Of a stretch of DNA of 64,000 bases, positions 9,840 through 17,261 are shown piece by piece. The DNA is from Acidobacteriota bacterium (GTDB lineage Bacteria; Acidobacteriota; Thermoanaerobaculia; Gp7-AA8). The stretch covers positions 96,001 through 160,000 of the forward strand of contig JAFATB010000018.1 of the NCBI GenBank assembly GCA_019244185.1, read 5' to 3'. The number at the start of each line of letters is the position of its first letter. The stretch's first letter is position 1. The notes below the pieces were generated by a model. The model saw nothing but the letters and a program-made list of their open reading frames with translations. It did not search any database and was not told the origin of the DNA. Both the position numbers and the translations under genes were made by a program.

Positions 9840-11750
9840 TCACAAGGAGAGGCTCCGCGTGCGCACCAGTTCCCGCGCCTGCGCGATCCACTCTTCCACC
9901 GCCGCCGCCGACTGCTCGCCGCTGCGCTTGCGGATGCTCACCGAGTCCGACGACGTTTCCTTCTCGCCCACGATCAGCATGTGCGGCACCTTCTGCATCT
10001 GGGCCATGCGGATCTTCGCGCCGAGCTTCTCGTTGCTGCGGTCGACGTCCACGCGGAACCCCGCCGCGCGCAGCCGCGCCGCGGTCGCGTCCGCGTAGTC
10101 GACGAACTTCTCCGACAGCGGCAGCACCGACGCCTGCACCGGCGCGAGCCAGAACGGGAACGCACCCGCGAAGTGCTCGATGATGATGCCGATGAACCGC
10201 TCCAGCGACCCGAGTATTGCGCGGTGGATCATCACCGGGCGGTGCTCCGCGCCGTCCGAGCCGATGTACTCGAGCTTGAACCGCTCCGGCAGCGCGTAGT
10301 CGAGCTGGATCGTGCCGAGCTGCCAGGGGCGCCCGATCGCGTCGGTGACCTGGAACTCAAGCTTCGGTCCGTAGAACGCGCCTTCGCCCGGATTGATGTG
10401 GAACTCGAGCCCGTTCTTGCGCAGCGCATTCTCGAGCGCGCCTTCCGCTGCATCCCACATCGCGTCGTCGCCGAGGCGCTTTTCGGGGCGCGTGGAGTGC
10501 GCGATGCGGACCTCGCGGAAATCGAAGGTGTCGTAGATCTCCTTGATCAGGCGCAGCTCGCGGTTGATCTCCTCCTCGATCTGATCGGGAGTGACGAAGA
10601 GATGCGCGTCGTCCTGCGCGAACGAGCGCACGCGCGCGAGACCGTGCGTCACGCCGCTGCGCTCGTAGCGGTGCAGGCGCGTGAATTCCGCGTAGCGGAT
10701 CGGCAGGTCGCGATACGAACGGCGCTCCATCGCGAAGATCTGCGTGTGACCCGGGCAGTTCATCGGCTTCACGCCGTACTCGCGCTCCTCGATCTCCGAG
10801 AAGAACATGTTGTCGCGGTAGTTGTCGTAGTGGCCGGAGATCTTGAAGAGCTCCGTGTCGAAGATGATCGGCGCGATGACTTCGGTGTAGCCGTCGCGCC
10901 GATAGTACTGGCGGACGAAGTCCATCAGCTCGTTGTAGATCACCGCGCCCTTCGGCAGGAAGATCGGCATCGCCGGCGCGAACTGCGAGAAGTGGAAGAG
11001 CGAGAGCTCCTTGCCGAGCTTGCGGTGGTCGCGCGCCTTCGCCTCCTCGATGCGCTTGAGATACGCCTCGAGCTGCTCCTTGTCGCCCCACGCGGTGCCG
11101 TAGATGCGCTGCAGCATCGCGTTGCGCTCGTCGCCGCGCCAGTACGCGCCGGCCACGCTGGTCAGCTTGAATGCGCCGAGGCGGCCGGTGGAGGGGACGT
11201 GCGGGCCGCGGCAGAGATCGAACCACGGTCCCTGGCGGTAGACCGACAGCGGCTCGTCGCCGGGGATCGCTTTGATGATCTCGACCTTGTACTGCTCGCC
11301 GAGCTTCTCGAACGTATCGATCGCTTCCTCGCGCGACCACACCTCGCGCCGGACCGGCAGATCGCGCGCGACGATCTCCTGCATCTTCTCCTCGATGCGG
11401 CGAAGGTCTTCGTCGCTGAACGGACGGTCGGTGCCGAAGTCGTAGAAGAAGCCGTTCTCGATCACGGGACCGATCGTGACCTGCGTGCCGGGGAAGAGCT
11501 CCTGGACGGCCATGGCCATGAGGTGCGCGGTGGAGTGGCGGATCGTGTCGATGCCGTCCTCGGATTTCGGCGTGACGATCTCCACCTTCGCGCCGTCGGG
11601 CACTGGCGTGTAGACGTCGACGACCTTGCCGTTCACCTTGCCGGCGATCGCGTCTTTCGCCAGACGCTTGCCGATCGACGCGGCGACGTCGGCGACGGTG
11701 GCCTGTTCGGGGACTTCTCGGATCGAGCCGTCGGGGAGCTGGATGTTCAT
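9840..11750 (-). CDS. thrS: Threonine--tRNA ligase
   Basis: TGS domain IQLPDGS, RHSTAHL, DLCRGPHVP, RDHRKLG, KPMNCPGH, HRAILGSLERF. Confidence 0.98.
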   Translation of the reverse strand: MNIQLPDGSIREVPEQATVADVAASIGKRLAKDAIAGKVNGKVVDVYTPVPDGAKVEIVTPKSEDGIDTIRHSTAHLMAMAVQELFPGTQVTIGPVIENGFFYDFGTDRPFSDEDLRRIEEKMQEIVARDLPVRREVWSREEAIDTFEKLGEQYKVEIIKAIPGDEPLSVYRQGPWFDLCRGPHVPSTGRLGAFKLTSVAGAYWRGDERNAMLQRIYGTAWGDKEQLEAYLKRIEEAKARDHRKLGKELSLFHFSQFAPAMPIFLPKGAVIYNELMDFVRQYYRRDGYTEVIAPIIFDTELFKISGHYDNYRDNMFFSEIEEREYGVKPMNCPGHTQIFAMERRSYRDLPIRYAEFTRLHRYERSGVTHGLARVRSFAQDDAHLFVTPDQIEEEINRELRLIKEIYDTFDFREVRIAHSTRPEKRLGDDAMWDAAEGALENALRKNGLEFHINPGEGAFYGPKLEFQVTDAIGRPWQLGTIQLDYALPERFKLEYIGSDGAEHRPVMIHRAILGSLERFIGIIIEHFAGAFPFWLAPVQASVLPLSEKFVDYADATAARLRAAGFRVDVDRSNEKLGAKIRMAQMQKVPHMLIVGEKETSSDSVSIRKRSGEQSAAAVEEWIAQARELVRTRSLSL

Positions 11751-11778
11751 CGCGTGAGCCTCTCGCCAAACTACGTAC

Positions 11779-11810
11779 AAAAACAAAAGACAGGGCGGGG
11801 AGCCCTGTCT
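11779..11810 (-). terminator. Attenuator terminator in the thrS leader
   Basis: mRNA agacagggc-ucccc-gcccugucu followed by uuuguuuuu, about 30 nt before the thrS start. Confidence 0.85.
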
Positions 11811-11841
11811 CGATCATCGCTTCGGTGTGATTGCTCGACGA

Positions 11842-11904
11842 TCAACGACAGGGCGCGGGAGTGCGTCCCGTTCGCGTCTGTGCGGTCGTAGTCGTTCGAG
11901 TCAT
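11842..11904 (-). CDS. Threonine-rich leader peptide of thrS (MTRTTTTAQTRTGRTPAPCR)
   Basis: 20 codons, 8 Thr including 4 consecutive; preceded by extended -10 TGtTATACT (11914-11922); 3' end overlaps the antiterminator strand. Confidence 0.85.
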   Translation of the reverse strand: MTRTTTTAQTRTGRTPAPCR

Positions 11905-12025
11905 GGGACGCGGAGTATAACACGCGGGGTCAGGCGCTTCGTCCCGCCTGTTTCCCGCCGCTTCGCCCATGGCGCTTCGCGCGCGAACGACCTAACATGT
12001 GCGCATCCACCTAGGTGAAGCTCTC

Positions 12026-13174
12026 ATGCCGCACGCCTGCAGCATCGTGCCGCCGCGCATTCTGCGCAATCTCGCCGAGCGCGGCGATGACGACGACCGC
12101 GTCCGCGCGCGGCTCGCGCTGACGCTCTCCGCGGGACCGCGCCGCGAACGGCTCGCATCCGTCGAAGTCGCCGGCGCGATCGTGCTGCTGCCGCGCGCGA
12201 AACGCCGCACGATCTACGACGCGCATCACGCTCACGAGCTGCCCGGCGTCATCGCGCGCCCCGAAGGCGGACGCCGCGTGCGCGACGTCGCCGTGAACGA
12301 GGCCTACGACGGCGCCGGCCGTACGTACGACTTCTTCCGCCGCGTCTACGGCCGCAGCTCCGTCGACGACCAGGGACTGCGTCTCGAGTCGACCGTGCAC
12401 TTCGGCGACGGCTTCAACAACGCGCACTGGAACGGCCGGCAGATGATCTACGGCGACGGCGACGGCAAGTACTTCAACCGCTTCACCTCCGCGCTCGAGG
12501 TGATCGGCCACGAGCTGACGCACGGCGTCTCGCAGTACTGCGCGGCGTTCGCCGCGAGCGGCCAGGCCGGCGCGCTCGCCGAGCACTTCTCCGATGTCTT
12601 CGGCGTGCTCGTCAAACAGTACGCGCTGCGCCAGACCGCCGCGCGCGCGAACTGGCTCGTCGGCGAAGGACTCTTCACGAAACGCGTGCACGGCGTCGCC
12701 ATCCGTTCGATGAAAGCGCCCGGTTCCGCCTACGACGATCCGATCCTCGGCCGCGACGAACAGCCGTCGCACATGCGCGACTACGTCACCACCGCGTCCG
12801 ACGATCGCGGCGTGCACGTCAACTCCGGCATTCCGAACCACGCCTTCTATCGCGCGGCCACGCTCCTCGGCGGACACGCGTGGGACGTCGCGGGTCGCAT
12901 CTGGTATCACGCGCTCGCGCACGAGCTCGGACCGCGCGCGCGTTTCCAGCAGTGCGCCGACGCCACGTTCCGCGCCGCGGGCGCGCTCTACGGATCGGTC
13001 AGCGAGCCGCAGGATGCGGTGCGCGCCGCGTGGCGAGCCGTCGGCATCGACGTCGCCGCAATCGACGAGCCTCGTCTGCCGATCCGCAAGCCATCATCGC
13101 GCAAGCCTGCATCGCGCGACGTCTTCGAACACCTCGGCCCCGGCGCCGAGGTGCCGCTCTTCGACGTAGGTTGA
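12026..13174 (+). CDS. M4-family metallopeptidase, protealysin-like
   Basis: Short propeptide CSIVPPRIL; NNAHWNG, GDGDG, HELTHG, GALAEHFSD, VHVNSGIPN. Confidence 0.88.
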   Translation: MPHACSIVPPRILRNLAERGDDDDRVRARLALTLSAGPRRERLASVEVAGAIVLLPRAKRRTIYDAHHAHELPGVIARPEGGRRVRDVAVNEAYDGAGRTYDFFRRVYGRSSVDDQGLRLESTVHFGDGFNNAHWNGRQMIYGDGDGKYFNRFTSALEVIGHELTHGVSQYCAAFAASGQAGALAEHFSDVFGVLVKQYALRQTAARANWLVGEGLFTKRVHGVAIRSMKAPGSAYDDPILGRDEQPSHMRDYVTTASDDRGVHVNSGIPNHAFYRAATLLGGHAWDVAGRIWYHALAHELGPRARFQQCADATFRAAGALYGSVSEPQDAVRAAWRAVGIDVAAIDEPRLPIRKPSSRKPASRDVFEHLGPGAEVPLFDVG

Positions 13175-13181
13175 TGCGCTG

Positions 13182-13625
13182 CTACGCGGCGCTCGTGCGG
13201 CGCACGCGTCCGGGTGCCGCGGTCGTGTGCGACGAGGACGAAGACGACTCGCTCGCGCCGGCGCTGCTCTCGCGACGCTCTTCGCCGTTCCACTCGCGGC
13301 GGCTGTTCAGCCACACCAGGATGCCGGTGGCCACCGTCATCGTGCCGAGCGAGACCACGAGCACCTCGGGGTTGCGCTTGAGATAGTCGGAGATGTCGTC
13401 GAACAGCTCGTCGAGGTCCGTCTCTTCGATGCGCGATTTCAGGCGCCCGATCACCAGGTCGACGATGCCGAGCTTCTCCACGAGATCGATCAGCGCGTCC
13501 GTGCTCGCCGCACCCGCCACGACATTGCGCAGCACGCTCGACGTCGAGCCGCTGCTGCTGCTGCCGCTGCTGCTGGAACGCTTCTTCTTCGAGCTGCTGC
13601 TGCCCTCTTTGTCTGCTTTCGCCAT
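13182..13625 (-). CDS. Hypothetical protein with Ser-rich ends and one hydrophobic helix
   Basis: AGGAGG SD before ATG; YLKRNPEVLVVSLGTMTVATGILVWL segment. Confidence 0.7.
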   Translation of the reverse strand: MAKADKEGSSSSKKKRSSSSGSSSSGSTSSVLRNVVAGAASTDALIDLVEKLGIVDLVIGRLKSRIEETDLDELFDDISDYLKRNPEVLVVSLGTMTVATGILVWLNSRREWNGEERRESSAGASESSSSSSHTTAAPGRVRRTSAA

Positions 13626-13687
13626 AGTTCCTCCTGCGCGACGTATTGCAAGAGGTGTGACCAGCCCGCGCGTATCATCGCCGCCGC

Positions 13688-14527
13688 ATGATCACCGACG
13701 CCGCAACCATCCGCCGCATGATCGACGAGCACGGACGCTGGTGGCACGAGATCGAGCTCGCGCCCGGCATCGTCACGCCCGGCGACGACTCGAATCGGAT
13801 GAAGCTTCCGATCCTCGATCGCCTCGGCCTGCCGCAGTCGCTGGCCGGCCTTCGCGCGCTCGACATCGGCTGCTCCGACGGCTACTTCACGTTCGAGCTG
13901 GAGCGCCGCGGCGCCACGATGACCGCCATCGACTTCGTTCCCGAAACGCACTCCGGCTTCGCCACCGCGCGCGCCATCCTCGGCAGCCGCGCCGAGTACC
14001 TCGTCGAGAACGTCTACAACCTCGCGCCCGAGAAGCACGGTCTCTTCGATGTGGTGCTCTTCCTCGGCGTGCTCTACCACCTCCGCAAGCCGCTCGCCGC
14101 GCTCGACGCGATCCGCTCCGTGATGAAGCCCGGCGGGCTGCTGTTCGTCGGCACGATGATGATCGACGAGTACTTTGCGCTGCCCGACGGCCGCGTGACT
14201 TCGCTCGATGCGCTCAATCCGCTGCTGCGCAACGTGCCGCTCTGGCAGGCGTATCCGGGCGACTCGCTCAACGGCGACTACACGAATTGCTTCGCCCCGA
14301 ATCGCCGCGCGCTCGAAGTCGCGCTCGAGGAAGCGCAGTTCCGCGTCGATGTGCTGGAGGTGGTGTCGATGGGCGGCTACGCGCGCGCGTCCGCGGTCGA
14401 GAACCCGATCGCCGCAAAGTACCAGCGCCTCGACGCGCGACTCGAGAAAACGCCGCTCGATCCGAGCGTGCCGTACTTTCTCGACGAGGAAGGCTCGGTG
14501 CAGACCGTGACGCCGCGGCGCCGCTGA
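13688..14527 (+). CDS. Class I SAM-dependent methyltransferase (CmoB/DUF1698-like)
   Basis: WWHEIEL..G..TPG, ALDIGCSDGYF, FDVVLFLGVLYHL, MKPGG. Confidence 0.85.
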   Translation: MITDAATIRRMIDEHGRWWHEIELAPGIVTPGDDSNRMKLPILDRLGLPQSLAGLRALDIGCSDGYFTFELERRGATMTAIDFVPETHSGFATARAILGSRAEYLVENVYNLAPEKHGLFDVVLFLGVLYHLRKPLAALDAIRSVMKPGGLLFVGTMMIDEYFALPDGRVTSLDALNPLLRNVPLWQAYPGDSLNGDYTNCFAPNRRALEVALEEAQFRVDVLEVVSMGGYARASAVENPIAAKYQRLDARLEKTPLDPSVPYFLDEEGSVQTVTPRRR

Positions 14528-14542
14528 AATGCCGTCAAACGA

Positions 14543-14570
14543 GAAACGCCGCGCTGGCGCGCGGCGTTTC
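14543..14570. terminator. Hairpin terminator between the methyltransferase and tRNA-Val(GAC)
   Basis: gaaacgccgcgc-tggc-gcgcggcgtttc, 12-bp perfect stem. Confidence 0.7.
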
Positions 14571-14584
14571 GAAGGGTGATCGTT

Positions 14585-14661
14585 TGGTAGACCCCAGCGG
14601 ACTCGAACCGCTGACCTCCACCGTGTCAAGGTGGCGCTCTAACCAGCTGAGCTAGGGGTCT
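14585..14661 (-). tRNA. tRNA-Val(GAC)
   Basis: Acceptor AGACCCC/GGGGTCT-A-CCA, D arm TAGCTCAGCTGGTTAGAGC, anticodon arm CCACC-TTGACAC-GGTGG, GGTTCGAGTCC. Confidence 0.97.
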
Positions 14662-14747
14662 GCAACTGCTCGGCGGACGATAGCGTACGCCGTCAGCGGG
14701 TGCAAGAACTCGTCGTGTGCGCGAGGCATTCCCGCGCAGCGCGGCGG

Positions 14748-15755
14748 TCAGAACGCGCGCTCGATCGTGAGCCCGACCGTCGTGCCCTGCGAGAACGTCT
14801 CGTGCTCGGCGGCGTTGAGACCGTGCGAGTAGAGCTCGCGATAGATCGAAGGCGTCACCGTCGCGCCGAGGAGCGGATAGGTGAGCTGCAGGCGCAAGCC
14901 GCCGTTCGAGAAACCGGTGCCTTCGTCGACCGCTCCGTGCCAGCGCCCGATCGTCTGGTATTGACCGGCGGCGCGGAGGCCCAGGCTTCCGCGTCCAACG
15001 CTGAACGACGGCCCGATGCTCCAGCGGAAATTCTTCGGCGCGCGGAAGCCGTGCGCGTTCGTCGTGAGCGGCACCGTCGCCTGCAGCAAAGCGGAAGCGA
15101 TGGCGTTGCGCAGCGGCCGGCTCCACGCGATCTCCGCTTCCGGCGCGAAGACGCCGCTGCCGAACTGCAGGTGTTCGTGCTTCTCGCCTTCGAGTCCGAG
15201 ACGCACGGGATCGGGAACGGTATGTCCGAGAGGCAGCGTGGTGCCGAGCCCGAAGCGCCACCGCGACGCGCCGGTCGCCCGCGGCGCCCACAGCACGAGC
15301 AGATCGCCGTCCGAAACACCGCGCAGCGTTTCGGTGCGATGGTGAATGTCGCCGTACGGCGGGATGAAGGATTGGCCGTCGAGCGTCGTGTAGCGCACGC
15401 GTTGATCCTTGATGTCGTACGGCAGCCGCAGCGACACGCCGATGCCGTCGCGCACGCCGTAGATCGCGTTCAGCTCCGCGTGAAAGAGCGCGAGACGCAC
15501 GTGGTGCTCGTGATCCGGAATCGTCATCGCCGCACACTCGACCGGCGCAACGTCGGGACACGTCGCCACGTGCGCGGTGTTGAACGTGCCGTGCGCGAAC
15601 GACGTGGAGATCGACCACGCGCCGGGCGCCGGAACCGTCTGCGTTGCCCCTCCGCCGGAGAGGTTGGGATTCGCTCAGGCGGGTCAGGCGTAAGCGCTCG
15701 GCAGGATGCCGAGCATCGCGACGACGAGCAGCACGAAACGAAGCGCGCGCGTCAT
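14748..15755 (-). CDS. Candidate selenoprotein: exported outer-membrane beta-barrel/transporter-like protein with N-terminal UxxU motif (in-frame TGA at codons 24 and 27)
   Basis: ATG 15755 overlaps the upstream stop (ATGA), GGAG SD; signal peptide MTRALRFVLLVVAMLGILPSAYA, then TGA CCC GCC TGA, then open frame to 14748 ending ...GLTIERAF; His clusters DHEHH, DIHH, KHEH. Confidence 0.75.
15647..15663 (-). promoter_or_regulatory. Putative bacterial SECIS hairpin
   Basis: mRNA ccucucc-GGC-ggagggg; G-led apical loop 18 nt after the second UGA and 27 nt after the first. Confidence 0.55.
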
Positions 15756-16408
15756 CGCTCCGCCTTCTCGATCGCCGCCAGCACTTCGTCCCACATCCCG
15801 CCCGTCACCGCGACGACGAACTTGCCGCGCGCGTCGTACACGCGAATGTACGGCAGCGCTTCCGCGCGCAACGCCGTCGCCTGCTTCGCCGCGTCGTTGT
15901 CCCACTTGCCGATGTTCACCCGACGCACCGCGAGATTCGGCTTGCCGCCGATCATGAGGTGCTGCAGCCGCGCCTCGAGCACGCGACACGGCCCGCACCA
16001 GTCGCCGTAGAAGTCGACGATCGTGACCTTGCCCGGCGCAAGGATCGCCGGGATTTCGACGCGCCGCCCATCCGCATACGTACGAATGTCGAGCCGCGCC
16101 ACGACCTCCGCCGGCAACGGCTCGATCCCCCGCGCCGTCTCGCCGGGAAACACCGCCTGGAACCCCGCGTTGCTCACCGCCACCCGCAGCTTCTCCCGAT
16201 CGAAACCGGCCGCCACCTCCACCGTCGCCGTCTTCGCCTTCGCATCGACGCGCGCACGCTTCACGCCGTCGACCGCCCCGAGCGCCTTCTCGATCGGCGG
16301 CCCGCACATCGCGCAGTCGATTCCCACCACCTCGAACGTGAACGTATCCGCCGCGGCCATGACCGCGGTGAAGAACGTCAGCAACAGCGAAAACGCAATG
16401 CGAATCAT
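15752..16408 (-). CDS. Exported heavy-metal-associated (HMA) domain plus thioredoxin domain protein
   Basis: Signal peptide ending AMA; HMA motif GIDCAMC..IEKAL..VDGV; thioredoxin motif IVDFYGDWCGPC; AAAGGA SD. Confidence 0.88.
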   Translation of the reverse strand: MIRIAFSLLLTFFTAVMAAADTFTFEVVGIDCAMCGPPIEKALGAVDGVKRARVDAKAKTATVEVAAGFDREKLRVAVSNAGFQAVFPGETARGIEPLPAEVVARLDIRTYADGRRVEIPAILAPGKVTIVDFYGDWCGPCRVLEARLQHLMIGGKPNLAVRRVNIGKWDNDAAKQATALRAEALPYIRVYDARGKFVVAVTGGMWDEVLAAIEKAER

Positions 16409-16422
16409 CGGATCCTTTCGCA

Positions 16423-16461
16423 CGAAAACGAAACGCCGCTCCGGTATAACCGGAGCGGCGT
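16423..16461 (-). terminator. Intrinsic terminator after tRNA-Val(CAC)
   Basis: 13-bp perfect stem acgccgctccggt/accggagcggcgt followed on the minus strand by ttcgttttcg. Confidence 0.8.
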
Positions 16462-16475
16462 GAGAAATGTTCGTT

Positions 16476-16551
16476 TGGTAGGCGCTAGCGGACTCGAACC
16501 GCTGACCCCCACCGTGTGAAGGTGATGCTCTACCGACTGAGCTAAGCGCCT
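16476..16551 (-). tRNA. tRNA-Val(CAC)
   Basis: Acceptor AGGCGCT/AGCGCCT-A-CCA, anticodon arm TCACC-TTCACAC-GGTGG, GGTTCGAGTCC; upstream TTGACG-18 bp-TATCTT promoter. Confidence 0.97.
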
Positions 16552-16681
16552 GAAGGGAAACCTGTCAACGAACGCGGCCTGCGGGGGATTCCCCGCGAGG
16601 GGTGGCGAAGATAGCGCGGGCGTGCGGGGCGCGTCAACCGGGCGCGAACGCGGCACGCATCGCGACGCGCATCACGCCGCG

Positions 16682-16789
16682 TCAGGGAACGGGGCAGATG
16701 CCGTGCAGCATCTGCCACAGGAACGAGGCGGCGATGATCGCGAAGACGGCGGCGTAGAGCGGCACGAAGAACCGGCGCAGGCGGGTCAT
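16682..16789 (-). CDS. Small membrane protein, 35 aa (MTRLRRFFVPLYAAVFAIIAASFLWQMLHGICPVP)
   Basis: Absent from the ORF track; basic N-terminus, one TM helix, GC3-rich codons, follows the DUF6496 gene by 13 nt. Confidence 0.6.
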   Translation of the reverse strand: MTRLRRFFVPLYAAVFAIIAASFLWQMLHGICPVP

Positions 16790-16802
16790 GCCGCGTGCAA
16801 CG

Positions 16803-17195
16803 CTACTTCTTCTTCGACGATTTCTTCGAGCTTGAGGACTTCTTCGAAGAGCTCGACTTCTTCGACGACGACGACTTCTTCGACAAGGACTTCGACGGCG
16901 AGCGTTTCGTCGACGACGAGGACTTCTTCGACGACGACTTCCGCGATCCGCCCGACGACTTCTTCGCGCTCGACTTCTTCGACGACGACTTCGAGCTCGA
17001 CGACTTCGACGACGACGACTTCTTCGACGGCACTTTGCCGCCCTCGCGACGCGCCTCGGAGAGACCGATCGCGATCGCCTGCTTGCGGCTCGTCACCTTC
17101 TTGCCCGAGCCACCGCTCTTGAGCGTGCCGTGTTTGCGCTCGTGCATCACCTTCTCCACTTTGTCGTGCGACTTCTTCCCGTACTTACTGGCCAT
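16803..17195 (-). CDS. DUF6496-type small basic protein with Ser/Lys-repeat tail
   Basis: KVEKVMHERKHGTLKSGGSGKKVTSRKQAIAIGLSEARREG; AGGAGG SD; SSSKK repeats. Confidence 0.85.
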   Translation of the reverse strand: MASKYGKKSHDKVEKVMHERKHGTLKSGGSGKKVTSRKQAIAIGLSEARREGGKVPSKKSSSSKSSSSKSSSKKSSAKKSSGGSRKSSSKKSSSSTKRSPSKSLSKKSSSSKKSSSSKKSSSSKKSSKKK

Positions 17196-17261
17196 CCAAA
17201 ACCTCCTGCACAGAACGTTGTGCAAGCGGCGAGCCCGTGCATTCGCGCATACAATCCGCCG

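Noticed and set aside
11751-11930. T-box riboswitch upstream of thrS
   Set aside because: No T-box consensus (UGGNACC bulge) or long stem I seen; the leader-peptide model explains the region.
15675-15686. Genome-wide UGA recoding (Trp/Gly) as the explanation for the in-frame TGAs
   Set aside because: Many ordinary genes here, including thrS and queA, end in TGA, and Trp is encoded by TGG.
14585-16551. Integrative island with attL/attR at tRNA-Val
   Set aside because: Both tRNAs are complete with different anticodons and acceptor stems; no integrase or partial-tRNA duplication.
16634-16684. Selenocysteine readthrough of the small ORF's TGA (hairpin follows)
   Set aside because: The extension is only 15 featureless codons and the TGA is not in a redox-motif position; the hairpin is more simply a terminator.
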